From positions 128,001 through 192,000 of the forward strand of contig CAVRUH010000007.1 in assembly GCA_963724325.1 (NCBI GenBank): 64,000 bases of DNA, written 5' to 3'. A program made the translations under genes and the position numbers. The notes under the pieces were generated by a model. It made no database searches and was not told the origin of the DNA. It saw only the letters and a list, made by a program, of their open reading frames with translations. Below are positions 40,963 to 50,884 of the stretch, piece by piece (the stretch's first letter is position 1; the number at the start of each line of letters is the position of its first letter). Origin of the DNA: Waddliaceae bacterium (GTDB taxonomy: Bacteria; Chlamydiota; Chlamydiia; Chlamydiales; Waddliaceae).

Positions 40963-41376
40963 ATGCGCAATATGAAACAAATAAATCGCTACGGTGCCTA
41001 TGGGATTGTTCTAGTGGATTCGAAAATTCTGCTTACTCAAAAAAGAGGAGGCCCATACAAAGGGCTATGGGATTTGCCTGGAGGTGGTATTGAGTTTGGC
41101 GAGTCCCCTGAAGAGGCTCTTCGGCGTGAACTACATGAAGAGGCAGCATTGACTGCAGATGAGGTCCATCTGTCAAGAGTCATAACCTTCAATGGAAAAT
41201 ACGATAATGACGGTGAAGAATATATTTTTCACCACATCGGTCTCATCTATAGCGTTTTGAATGTAACATCAAATCCAAATCTAATGCCCGAAGAAGAATT
41301 GCGATGGGAGGTGCCAAGGAATATCGACAGGGAAGAGCTAACGCCGTTTGCTAAACAAGTAATAGAAGGCTTGTAA
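40963..41376 (+). CDS. NUDIX hydrolase
   Basis: LPGGGIEFGESPEEALRRELHEEA Nudix box. Confidence 0.92.
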   Translation: MRNMKQINRYGAYGIVLVDSKILLTQKRGGPYKGLWDLPGGGIEFGESPEEALRRELHEEAALTADEVHLSRVITFNGKYDNDGEEYIFHHIGLIYSVLNVTSNPNLMPEEELRWEVPRNIDREELTPFAKQVIEGL

Positions 41377-41532
41377 CATTTCGATGCAGAAGTCATGGCA
41401 CGCATATGGAACAGTTCGGCCCTATAAATCTAACCAAGTCTCAGCTTTTGCCTGTTGAACTTTTGCAACCCTTCTGATATCCTATTGCTGAGAACAGTTA
41501 ATGACTATTGTAAAGTATTGGAAATAAGCGGC

Positions 41533-41562
41533 CTCATAACCCGCGGGTCACTGGTTCAAGTC
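41533..41562 (+). repeat. att-like tRNA fragment (30 nt identical, truncated)
   Basis: CTCATAACCCGCGGGTCACTGGTTCAAGTC. Confidence 0.88.
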
Positions 41563-41588
41563 AAAACCACTTTAAGAAGGAAGATATT

Positions 41589-42071
41589 GTGAAGGATTAC
41601 ACACTCATTCAAAAGCCCCCCATAAATGTAATAGGAATCGAATGCAGAACATCAAACGCTCCTGAAGATGGCCCTCAAGACATCCCAAGCCTCTGGGGAC
41701 GATTTTATAGCGAAGATATCATTAATAAAATTCCAAACAAAGCCTCTAATGAGGTCATAGCTCTCTACTGCGATTATGAAGATGATTACACAAAACCTTA
41801 TTCACTAGTAATAGGATGTTCTGTGACTTCCTTAGACAATATTCCCGAAGGAATGGTAGCCAAAATAATTCATGCTGGATCATATGCTCTTTTCCGTGCC
41901 ATTGGAGAATACCCTGCAAGCTTGATTGAAACTTGGGGAAATATTTGGCAAACTGAATTGAAGCGTACCTACACCGGTGATTACGAATTTTACGGAGAGA
42001 AGTTCAGCTCTGGATCACTCCAGGAAGTTGAAGTATTTATCGCTGTTGAAAAAACTTTTCTGGGGAATTAA
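41589..42071 (+). CDS. GyrI-like small-molecule-binding protein
   Basis: GIECRTSN...IPSLWGRF...ALYCDYE.D...W..IW...R.YTGDYE. Confidence 0.85.
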   Translation: MKDYTLIQKPPINVIGIECRTSNAPEDGPQDIPSLWGRFYSEDIINKIPNKASNEVIALYCDYEDDYTKPYSLVIGCSVTSLDNIPEGMVAKIIHAGSYALFRAIGEYPASLIETWGNIWQTELKRTYTGDYEFYGEKFSSGSLQEVEVFIAVEKTFLGN

Positions 42072-42073
42072 CT

Positions 42074-42793
42074 ATGAAAAAAGCAATTATCATCGGTGCT
42101 TCATCAGGAATAGGCAAAGAACTTGCCATTATCCTCGCAAACAATGACTACGAAGTGGGTTTAATGGCTCGACGCACTGAATTGCTTGAAGCTTTAAAAA
42201 ATGAGATGTCAACTAAAAGTCAACTTGGCCACATCGATATCAGTAAAACTGCTGATGCGATCGATAAGTTTAGGAATATGATTCAAAAGATGCAAGGTGT
42301 TGACCTTGTGGTGATCAATGCTGGCATCGGTTTTTTAAATCCCGAATTAGATTGGTCGAAAGAGCAACAGACTATAGATGTTAATGTCTGTGGATTTTGT
42401 GCCTTGGCTGGAGAGGCGTATAAGCTTTTCGCAAAACAAGGGCACGGACACTTAGTAGGCATTTCATCAATAGGAGCGTTAAGAGGTAATCCGATAGCTC
42501 CTGCCTATAATGCATCTAAAGCCTTTATGTCTAATTATCTAGAAGGATTAAGGAAAAAGGCCTTCCAAGAAAAATCTCCCATCATCATTACAGATATTAA
42601 ACCAGGTTTTGTAGATACAGATATGGCTAAAGGTGAAGGTAAATTTTGGGTAGCAACGCCTCAGAAAGCTGCTGAGCAAATTTACTTAGCAATCAGCAAA
42701 CAAAAAAAACATGCCTATATTACTCATCGTTGGCGACTCATTGGTTGGGCTCTGAAATTAATGCCCGAGTGGCTCTACCAAAGAATAGGTTAA
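42074..42793 (+). CDS. Short-chain dehydrogenase/reductase
   Basis: GASSGIG, NAG, YNASK, PGFVDT. Confidence 0.92.
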   Translation: MKKAIIIGASSGIGKELAIILANNDYEVGLMARRTELLEALKNEMSTKSQLGHIDISKTADAIDKFRNMIQKMQGVDLVVINAGIGFLNPELDWSKEQQTIDVNVCGFCALAGEAYKLFAKQGHGHLVGISSIGALRGNPIAPAYNASKAFMSNYLEGLRKKAFQEKSPIIITDIKPGFVDTDMAKGEGKFWVATPQKAAEQIYLAISKQKKHAYITHRWRLIGWALKLMPEWLYQRIG

Positions 42794-43152
42794 CGGAGAG
42801 ATTTTCATGAACAACGAAACTTTTGCTGTAATCGATGAGTGTTTCAGCGGTACGCCAACGCACTGAGAATTGTGTTCAGCAAGTCGTCGAGATGCTTGCC
42901 TACATCTTCTGCGAGGAATCTGAGCACTAGATAACCATCTTACCTGATTTGAAGTTGTTTTAATCGCTCTAATCTTTTTGGTTCAAGCTTTTTAAACCAC
43001 TCGTCTTTGGAAAGGTCATCGTAAGCCAGTCTTGCAAAGTCTTTTGCCTTAGTGGTATAAATTTCAGCAAGCTCCTCATAGACCAAACCTCTAAGACAGG
43101 GTAGCATTTCGACAGGAAGGGCACTTTTTGTAATATAAACATTCCTTTTTTC

Positions 43153-43599
43153 TTAGCTTGGGATCTGATGAAAGTCGTCGAAGTCGCCCTTGCCATTTGA
43201 AAGAAAGATGCTAATATGATCTACTCTGCAATTTCCTGCAGGTCCAGATGAAGGTTCAATCATTATGCGTTTTACCAAGTTATCAAGAGCCTCTTGTGAA
43301 CCTTCTGCCCATATTTCTACCGTTCCATCAGAAAGATTTTTTACTGTTCCCTTTAAACCAAGCTCCAAGGCAATACGGTTTACGGTGGGTCGAAAACCGA
43401 CACCTTGAACCAACCCACTGACGATGGCGTGTATGCGTTGAGATTGGTGGTCATCAGCGAGCAGTTCCATAGACTCATTTTTGAGCACAATTACATGATA
43501 GGAATGTGTAGCATTAAGTATGGGGATAGGTTCGATGCTTATGAGTGCAAGAGGTGTTGATAGAATTATGGTTGATAATATTAATTTTATTCTCTTCAT
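43153..43599 (-). CDS. acyP: Acylphosphatase with signal-peptide-like N-terminal extension
   Basis: VSGLVQGVGFR, GTVKNLSDGTVEI.AEG. Confidence 0.85.
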   Translation of the reverse strand: MKRIKLILSTIILSTPLALISIEPIPILNATHSYHVIVLKNESMELLADDHQSQRIHAIVSGLVQGVGFRPTVNRIALELGLKGTVKNLSDGTVEIWAEGSQEALDNLVKRIMIEPSSGPAGNCRVDHISIFLSNGKGDFDDFHQIPS

Positions 43600-43660
43600 A
43601 TCTGATCCTTGATTTGAAATAAATCATTTGTTAATATTTGTGGTTCATAGGCTATCATAT

Positions 43661-44602
43661 TTAGTCACAGCTGTTTTTATAAATTTCTAGATCAGTCTTT
43701 AATTTACTAACAAGAAAGTGAACAGAAATTTTTTTCAATTTTGTATTTGGATGTTTATTAATAAAATCATAGATTGCTTTTAAAAAAATACAAGCCGCTC
43801 TATCCTTGGGAAATCCAAAAATACCTGTACTAATTGAGGGAAATGCAATACTTGTTTTATTGTGATTGTCTGCGAGCACCAAACTATTATAATAACAAGA
43901 ATAAAGCTGATCTTCTTTTTCAGGACTAGTCTCTCCTTTAGGTCCTGCAACAACGATTACATTGTCAATGTTATAATCTGCCTTAAGTGATCCACTTTTT
44001 ATCAAGGAAGCATAGCCAGAAACATATTTTGATTTATACTGTACTTGCAATTCACGGTGCGCTGCTTTATATTTATGACCACCTTTTTTATGAATTGCCC
44101 CATCAATACCACCACCCCCTCTCAATTGAGTATTAGCTGCATTTACAATAACCTGTGCATTGCTACTGAATATATCTTGTTGGCGAATAGTAACATTAAA
44201 TCGACGAGCTTTCTTGAAAACAATTTTAAGCGTATTGTCATCAATAAAATTTGCTTTCATCTTTGATTTTTGTAATAAATTTAAATCACCTGTATAAGAA
44301 TGCACTAATTTAGAATCACAAGGTGGAATAATTTGATCTTCACTTATTTCATTTAATTTTAAATGTTTTCTTCCTTGAACATTTACCCTTTTATCATTAG
44401 AAGAAAGAGATTCTTTTTTGCTAACACGAGCATACAAATAGGCTGTTCCATATGCAACAGAAAAACCAAAAGGAATCACGACTGTGAAATATGAAAATAT
44501 TTTTAGTACAGCTAAGACATTGGTTTTTGCATCATTTTTTTTATAATTTGAGACATCTTGAAAACCATTAAAATAACTTTTGCAAAAAGTTTTTACTTGC
44601 AT
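43661..44602 (-). CDS. Macro domain (ADP-ribose binding/hydrolase) protein with hydrophobic N-terminal region
   Basis: IVNAAN, GGGGIDGAIH, SIAFPSISTGIFGFP. Confidence 0.88.
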   Translation of the reverse strand: MQVKTFCKSYFNGFQDVSNYKKNDAKTNVLAVLKIFSYFTVVIPFGFSVAYGTAYLYARVSKKESLSSNDKRVNVQGRKHLKLNEISEDQIIPPCDSKLVHSYTGDLNLLQKSKMKANFIDDNTLKIVFKKARRFNVTIRQQDIFSSNAQVIVNAANTQLRGGGGIDGAIHKKGGHKYKAAHRELQVQYKSKYVSGYASLIKSGSLKADYNIDNVIVVAGPKGETSPEKEDQLYSCYYNSLVLADNHNKTSIAFPSISTGIFGFPKDRAACIFLKAIYDFINKHPNTKLKKISVHFLVSKLKTDLEIYKNSCD

Positions 44603-45091
44603 GATAAATCCTATTATTTTTAACTTAAATTATATATAATAACAATTGTATACTATTAATTATTAAAATTCAAGGAGAATATCAACTTTCATAGCGAAAT
44701 CATCTTTCACCTTTAATTTTATCAGGGCTCGTTAAGATACTGATAAATTCCAGTAGTATTTTAGCCTTAAATACCTGGACATCGAAATCACATCTTAATT
44801 CACGTCTTCAGCTTATCTATCTTTAAACCCTTCACTATAAGGATAATGTTAGATATTTTGTGAGTGAAAAATGGTGCAATTGCTAATTGAGATTTCGTTC
44901 AATTTTATAAAATGCTTTCTAGAAAGTCTTTGTATTCAAATATCTTAGTTATCTTGGGGCATCAAGGGGATGTTGATCAACTATGCAAATATACTGATCC
45001 ATTTGTCAAAACAGGACCACTTTATTTTAGGTAGACATAAAAACCTATTATATAGTAGCATGTTTCACATAAACATATTTTTGGAGTTAAA

Positions 45092-46264
45092 ATGTTTTTT
45101 AAAAAATTTATTGGAGTTGCAATTATGTTAGGTATTTCGAGCTTTAGCCATGTTCATGCCGTTAATACAGCCACTGAAATTAAGGGAATCCATAGGCTCC
45201 CAGATGAAATAATTCGCAACGGCCAGTATATTGTTACCGATTTGGATGGTACTATTCTAAACACATTTAATGGAAAGTACGAACCACCACTTAGTGAAAG
45301 TCCTTGCCAAAAGCCTTTATTAGATTGGTTAAAATCTGGTGGAAGAGTTGTGGCAATTACGGGAAATGACTTGAATAGAACGATTGATCGTTTCTTCAAC
45401 CATATTCCAAAAGATCTTCGAGCCAACAATCAATTGATTGTCGTTGCTAATGGAGGTTCAGCCTTTTACGGAACAGATTCGGAAGGGAACCTTGTTGAAG
45501 ATGTCGATTACAGAATGCAAGGGCTTCATGGTGAATCAACGCTTATTCCTGCTGAACATGTTGATGAATTAGTTAAAGGTGGAATAGACATTATAAATGC
45601 ATTTTTTGCAGATCTTAGAAAAAATCCAAACTTGCTTGATAATTTACCTAAAAAGTTTCCATTTCTTGTAGAAATTGCTCAGGGTAGAACAAGCGACTTT
45701 ACAGCTGAAGAACTATTAACAACTGATATTTCTGTTGTCCCTCGTATTGAAAAAAGGTGCATTGCAGACGCAAATCTTCAACCTAACTCCGATCTAGTGA
45801 CGCAAATTGGTATCGTAGGCATTCCTGCTCTATCAAAATATCCTTTAGATAGATTATTCTCGGATAAGTCCGGTGAGAAATCCTTGGGATTAATAATAAA
45901 ATGGGATGGTCTCACTTTGGAAATTAACCGCAGTGGAATGGATAAATCTGTATCTGTGCTTTGGATTGTAAAAAATGCATCTAAATTCGATTTTATTCCT
46001 GAAATGTCCTTCTCCATGGGAGATAGACCAAATGAAAATGATGGTCCGCTCATGAAGCTACAGGAAAAACTGAACATGCCATTTATTTCTGTCTCGGAAA
46101 AGAATGAGAAACTTCCAGAAGGCGTTTATAACGTTGGTGGAAACTGCACTGGTGCAGCAAAAGTGCTGAACGGTCTTGTCAATAAGGCCTATCAATTGGA
46201 AGCGGAGAATGAACTCTCGCCCGTTATTCCAACAAAGCTTGAGGAAGTTATTCGTGAGCTATAA
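45092..46264 (+). CDS. Exported HAD-superfamily (IIB-like) phosphatase/mutase
   Basis: Signal peptide; TDLDGTI, AITG, MDK, MGD...NDGPL. Confidence 0.8.
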   Translation: MFFKKFIGVAIMLGISSFSHVHAVNTATEIKGIHRLPDEIIRNGQYIVTDLDGTILNTFNGKYEPPLSESPCQKPLLDWLKSGGRVVAITGNDLNRTIDRFFNHIPKDLRANNQLIVVANGGSAFYGTDSEGNLVEDVDYRMQGLHGESTLIPAEHVDELVKGGIDIINAFFADLRKNPNLLDNLPKKFPFLVEIAQGRTSDFTAEELLTTDISVVPRIEKRCIADANLQPNSDLVTQIGIVGIPALSKYPLDRLFSDKSGEKSLGLIIKWDGLTLEINRSGMDKSVSVLWIVKNASKFDFIPEMSFSMGDRPNENDGPLMKLQEKLNMPFISVSEKNEKLPEGVYNVGGNCTGAAKVLNGLVNKAYQLEAENELSPVIPTKLEEVIREL

Positions 46265-46298
46265 ATATAAAATTTTCAATATAATTCTAGGGATTTTT

Positions 46299-47450
46299 AT
46301 GCATACAACTTTATTATCAGCAAGTCCTTTCACGGTTGCTTCATTTAACATGGGTGGAATTCCCATTAAAACAACCTATCATCCGGATTCAGCGACAGTC
46401 ACTAGCTACGACTATCTCATGTCTATTTCAAGCAATGTGGTTATGAGGGAGCGTTATGAAATAGAGCCTGAACAATTGCAGAAGCTTCTCCGAATTCAAG
46501 ACGTTGCCTTGCAACGTCTTTTCGGGGAAGGTCAACAGCTTGAATGGGCTGAGAGAGAATGGCAAGAGGCGGAGTATGAAAAATTACTTCCCCAACTTAC
46601 AAATCAAATCAAAAATGCTCCATGGTATAAGCGCAGCGGTGAGATCATAACGCCATTTATGGATGTTCAGCGCGCAGTGCTTTCTGGAAAAACAATTGAT
46701 ATTAACATTATTGATGCAAAAGTTCGTGCGATTCTATGCGAATTTCTCGGTATCGAAGATTCTAGATTAATTCCAGGGGCCGATGTAGATGCCCTGCTCT
46801 TAGCAAAACGTGTTGATAATGCAAAACATATTTTTAATGGTGAACTCGCAGATAAGGATATTCTTTGCCTACTAGAATACAATGACTTCGTTGATGCAAA
46901 GCCCTTATCGGATGAATATGAAATTCGTTGGCACTCAGAAACATTTGTTACCACGGCGATTGCCTGGAAAAAAGCTCGTTTTGAGTATGTTCAAAATGTG
47001 GGTGTAGGAAAGCTAGAACGTGCTTTTTCCGTTCTCTTGAGAGATAAAGAAACCCATAAATTAGTTGTTGTTGGAGCTTTGCATCCTGCTGGTTGCGACC
47101 CTTTTATGGGTGACGCTAGTTCAAAAAAAGGGGATGATAGTTTGGCGATTGCCTTATCTGAAATGGAAGATGTTCGTGCAGATATGATGGTCGTGGGTAC
47201 CGATGCAAATGTGACTCCGACCCACCCACGCTTAAAGATGTTTTCGAATGCTGGCTATAAGATTGATCCTAAATACTTTTCTGCCACAGCTACAAACCCG
47301 ATAGATTATGTTGATACAAAGATAGACTATATCGCAGTGAAAGGGGGGATTGTTCACAATCTTCCTATATCCGACAACATAGGTCTAAATAGTATGAGAA
47401 CGAACTTAGGCGATCATAAACCTGTGTCCGCTCGTGTTAGCTATCCTTAA
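46299..47450 (+). CDS. Endonuclease/exonuclease/phosphatase (EEP) family protein
   Basis: VASFNM, DILCLLE, GTDAN, IDYI, GDHKPV. Confidence 0.8.
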   Translation: MHTTLLSASPFTVASFNMGGIPIKTTYHPDSATVTSYDYLMSISSNVVMRERYEIEPEQLQKLLRIQDVALQRLFGEGQQLEWAEREWQEAEYEKLLPQLTNQIKNAPWYKRSGEIITPFMDVQRAVLSGKTIDINIIDAKVRAILCEFLGIEDSRLIPGADVDALLLAKRVDNAKHIFNGELADKDILCLLEYNDFVDAKPLSDEYEIRWHSETFVTTAIAWKKARFEYVQNVGVGKLERAFSVLLRDKETHKLVVVGALHPAGCDPFMGDASSKKGDDSLAIALSEMEDVRADMMVVGTDANVTPTHPRLKMFSNAGYKIDPKYFSATATNPIDYVDTKIDYIAVKGGIVHNLPISDNIGLNSMRTNLGDHKPVSARVSYP

Positions 47451-47568
47451 GAAAGAAAGGATCTATTTTATATTGAATTCTCATTGACACCAATTAAATA
47501 GTGGAAGAAAAAAAATTTAAAGTGATGGAAATCTTGATAAACTGAATTGCAAAAATAAGGGAGAAAAT

Positions 47569-47738
47569 ATGCCCTATAACGCAAAGATAAAAAAAGTAAA
47601 AATTGGAAGTATTGAGCTTCACACGGAGTACTTTGGAAATACGGCGAATCAAGCTTGTCTGCTCATCGCAGGGGCCATGGCTCCTTGTTATTTTTGGACT
47701 GATACTTTTTGCAATATTCTTGTTCAAAACGGCCTCGA
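47569..47738 (+). pseudogene. Alpha/beta hydrolase N-terminal fragment
   Basis: IELHTEYFGN....CLLIAGAMA...FW.D.FC..L...G, ending at a REP half-site. Confidence 0.65.
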
Positions 47739-47739
47739 T

Positions 47740-47756
47740 AATGCCAAGCCCGACCC
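47740..47756. repeat. Half copy of the REP-like palindrome
   Basis: AATGCCAAGCCCGACCC. Confidence 0.7.
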
Positions 47757-47778
47757 TTTTTTGCCCTTTTTTTATATA

Positions 47779-48465
47779 TTAGTTGCCGTACCAAAAAAAT
47801 ACTTGGGTTCTAAATTCATAGGGGAAATTTGCATTTGCACCAGCATATTGATACAGGATGCCCGGAGAAGTGAAGTTTTGACTGAAGAAAAAGTTAAGAG
47901 ATGGATTGTTTTTAACTGGATAAATAAAGACATCGCTTATAAGCCCGTGAGGCTTTATTGTTTTACCAATCTGAATGAGACGAGAACCTATCTTCATTCT
48001 TGAATAACCTGGTCTAACTGCAATTTGTTTGATATAACCTACAGCAGGATCAGATAGCCAATCATGAACATTTGAGAGATTAAGTCCGGTTTCAAATAGC
48101 CCTGTAAGGGCATCTTGATAAAATTTCTCAAATTCTGCGGCTTTTATGAGAATGATGTAACCAAGCAGTGTTTGATCCTGATAAATACAAATAATCTGAC
48201 CTTCTTTTTTTTCAAGGAGGGAAGCAACATATTCTGGAGTCATGGAAACTAATAGAAATCCAGTTTGTATAAATGGTTCAGGGATTTGTGAAGGACAAAC
48301 GATGAGAGATTTTTGAAGAGATAGTAGATCAGAAATAATTTTGTCATATGATGAATTGTTTCTATCAACAACTAAAGAGGTAGTAGAAAAATCTTGATTA
48401 ATTTGGTTAGCTGATGCAGTTGTTAGATAAAATAATGAAATTAAAAGGAAAAAGTATCTGTTCAT
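47779..48465 (-). CDS. Exported GNAT-family protein
   Basis: Signal peptide; QIAVRPGYSRMKIGSRL, NNPSLNFF...NF. Confidence 0.75.
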   Translation of the reverse strand: MNRYFFLLISLFYLTTASANQINQDFSTTSLVVDRNNSSYDKIISDLLSLQKSLIVCPSQIPEPFIQTGFLLVSMTPEYVASLLEKKEGQIICIYQDQTLLGYIILIKAAEFEKFYQDALTGLFETGLNLSNVHDWLSDPAVGYIKQIAVRPGYSRMKIGSRLIQIGKTIKPHGLISDVFIYPVKNNPSLNFFFSQNFTSPGILYQYAGANANFPYEFRTQVFFWYGN

Positions 48466-48551
48466 CTTTTGGAATCCTTCGTAGGTAAAAGCAAATTATA
48501 GTTCGATGAAGCAAATTTACTCCAGTCAAAAGTTTTGAAAATTCTATGATT

Positions 48552-48603
48552 AGGCTTGGCATTCGGACATTTGATCTGGATCAAATGTCCGAATGCCAAG
48601 CCT
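48552..48603. repeat. Perfect palindrome, REP-like family
   Basis: AGGCTTGGCATTCGGACATTTGATC-TG-GATCAAATGTCCGAATGCCAAGCCT. Confidence 0.9.
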
Positions 48604-48645
48604 GACCCTTTTTCCTGGACTATACTTCAATAGAAAGTAGTTAGA

Positions 48646-50760
48646 CTATTCACTGGAGATTCTTTTAAGATAAGTTTCGACTGTTGGAAATCTACCTAAA
48701 AATTGAAATGCTTGGTCATTTGGGTTGAGGCCTCCTCCATGATCCAATACCAACTCACGAAATTTCAACCACATATTAGAAATTCCTCGTTTTTGTTGGT
48801 CGATTATATGGTCATATGAATCAAAAGCAAATACATCAGACCAAAAGTACACATAATATTTTGAGCGATAGAAGTGTTCAGCCAAGTGCAGGAAGGATGC
48901 TTCTTTGTTTATTTGTGGATCACATGCAATATTTGGTAGAAAATCTTTTTCTATTTCTTCTCTTAATAGTTTCGGATTTTCTACATTACTTAAAAAACAC
49001 TTCAAAGAAAACATTGATAAATAAAAATATCTAGTGAATGTTATTCCAGATGTAGCATTTTTGGAATTAATTTTGGCATCTATTAATTCATCAGGAATAG
49101 GAAGGCTTGTTTCAAAATGTTCGCCAAATTTCTTTAGGTTTTCTTTTTCCCATATAAGAAACTCAAGCAGTCTTGATGGCCATTCTATGGCATCTCGTTG
49201 AATCATATGATAACCAGAACGAGAGGGCATTTCAGCAATACCCAATAATTGATGAAATGCATGCCCAAATTCATGCAATAAGAAGTCTAATTCATCATGT
49301 CGAAGGATAGACTCTCTCATGTCACTAGGAGGTGTAAAATTTACTAAAAGCAGCACAATTGCCGGATTAACATCGCCGGATGGTAAACGACAAGGGGATA
49401 GAATATCAACACAATAGCCGTGAGGAAATTTTCCTTCTCGTGGAAAAGGATCGAGAATGATATGGCCCGCAATTCTTCCTTTATTAACTTTGTCTTTAAC
49501 GACTAAAATCCAACCAGGAGTATTCCATAGGCCTTTATTTTCTGTATCAATGATTTCGATCTCTAAAGAAAAAATTTCTTCAAACATTATCATTAGCTTT
49601 TTTAGAGTTCTTTCAAAAGGAAAATATTGCTGCAAAGCGATTTCATTTACGTTGTAATGCTTTTTTTTGTAATCCTCTTGCAAATACATGAGGTCCCAAG
49701 GTTTGATACAGTTATTTTCATCTAAGCTGAACCCATCAGGAAGCTCTTTTGTAAGCTGTTCAATTTCAGATTTATACTTGCCCTGAATACCATCTTTAAG
49801 TGAAAGAATAAACTTTTCAACAGCCTCTGGTGTTTGAGCGAGCTGATCAGAAATATCTAAATGAGCAAAGCTTGCATAACCTATCAAATTTGCGAGCCTG
49901 TTTCTCTTTTGAATAAGCTCTTTCAAAATAGGGACATTTTTTTCAGCAGCGCGACTTTCAAATGCTCGATAAAGAGATTGCCTTGTCTTTTCTACTTTGC
50001 AATAGCGCATAACAGGAAAATAATGAGGATATTGGCAGGTAATTTTTTTTAAAAAGGTATTTTCTTTTATGAATGTGTTCATAGTGCTTTCAGGAACGCC
50101 TAATAATTCTTCATCACTAACCAAGATAAATGATTGATCTTCATCAATATTTTTCAAAAAGGAGCTCTCTAAACGACTGATATCTGTTTTCAGAGCTTGA
50201 ACTTGCAAATATTCATTTTCTTCGAGATGCAAACCCTCCGCTCGCAGAGATTGCATCTTCCAGTTCATGTAATCCTCTTTCTCTTTTGATAAAGAGACCC
50301 CATGTTTTTCTATATTTTGGCATGCTTCGTTATACATGTTATATACAGACTTGCTGGAAAACAGATTTAAAGAAAATTCAATAAGTTGATCTTTGCAGAC
50401 AGTTCCCTCATTTCGAAAGGAGGAGTCCGGATGAGTTTTTGATATGGATTCAATTGTGCGTCTTCTAGAATAAATTAATGTTTCTGCAGCATCAAGAGCA
50501 TAAAAGGTGTTATTGAAATCTTTCAGATCCGGAGGGATTGTACTGACTAAATGAAGACTGAATTCCACTTCGTTCTGAGCTTTTTGAACATAATTGGACA
50601 ATTCACTGCTATTTTGAGGAAAGAATTGAAGCACTGCACTTAAGTTATCTACAGTTAAGGTCTGTAATGGGTGAGTTTGTGGAAATAACTGGCTAAATAA
50701 AATATCTACTTCAGTGTTTTTTTGAGCAAACTGTTTGAGATTTTCATTTTCTTTATTCAT
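48646..50760 (-). CDS. M3 family metallopeptidase (thimet oligopeptidase-like)
   Basis: LHEFGHAFH, DAIEWPS, FPREGK, YYVYFWS, FLGR.P. Confidence 0.92.
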   Translation of the reverse strand: MNKENENLKQFAQKNTEVDILFSQLFPQTHPLQTLTVDNLSAVLQFFPQNSSELSNYVQKAQNEVEFSLHLVSTIPPDLKDFNNTFYALDAAETLIYSRRRTIESISKTHPDSSFRNEGTVCKDQLIEFSLNLFSSKSVYNMYNEACQNIEKHGVSLSKEKEDYMNWKMQSLRAEGLHLEENEYLQVQALKTDISRLESSFLKNIDEDQSFILVSDEELLGVPESTMNTFIKENTFLKKITCQYPHYFPVMRYCKVEKTRQSLYRAFESRAAEKNVPILKELIQKRNRLANLIGYASFAHLDISDQLAQTPEAVEKFILSLKDGIQGKYKSEIEQLTKELPDGFSLDENNCIKPWDLMYLQEDYKKKHYNVNEIALQQYFPFERTLKKLMIMFEEIFSLEIEIIDTENKGLWNTPGWILVVKDKVNKGRIAGHIILDPFPREGKFPHGYCVDILSPCRLPSGDVNPAIVLLLVNFTPPSDMRESILRHDELDFLLHEFGHAFHQLLGIAEMPSRSGYHMIQRDAIEWPSRLLEFLIWEKENLKKFGEHFETSLPIPDELIDAKINSKNATSGITFTRYFYLSMFSLKCFLSNVENPKLLREEIEKDFLPNIACDPQINKEASFLHLAEHFYRSKYYVYFWSDVFAFDSYDHIIDQQKRGISNMWLKFRELVLDHGGGLNPNDQAFQFLGRFPTVETYLKRISSE

Positions 50761-50884
50761 GACGTCGTAGACTCCTCTGAAGTTCTATGGCTGCAAAATC
50801 GAGTTGGATTTCGATCGACTATTATCATGAGACCTTCTCATGATTTTCGTAATCATTGTATCAAAAAAGTGAATTACATGTCAA
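50757..50884 (-). promoter_or_regulatory. Promoter, palindrome and uORF leader cassette, copy A
   Basis: TTGACA-N18-TACAAT; CATGAGA-AGG-TCTCATG; uORF 50828-50757. Confidence 0.65.

Larger units (their letters stand above)
15165..41562. mobile_element. Tandem array of five tRNA-integrated islands (15165-23269, 23312-28443, 28486-32304, 32347-39918, 39961-41532)
   Basis: Five displaced tRNA 3' halves that start at the anticodon loop; intervening DNA rich in IS fragments, TA/defence genes and pseudogenes. Confidence 0.88.

Noticed and set aside
15165..41532. Intact prophage
   Set aside because: No capsid, terminase or tail genes; only broken satellite-like replication genes
15123..41562. CRISPR array or integron attC array
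   Set aside because: Repeats are tRNA halves separated by kilobases; no cas or intI genes and no consistent attC boxes
23270..41562. Additional tRNA genes
   Set aside because: All copies lack the 5' acceptor strand and D-arm
47569..48003. 144-aa ORF as a full gene
   Set aside because: After about codon 56 it runs through a REP half-site and antisense to the GNAT gene
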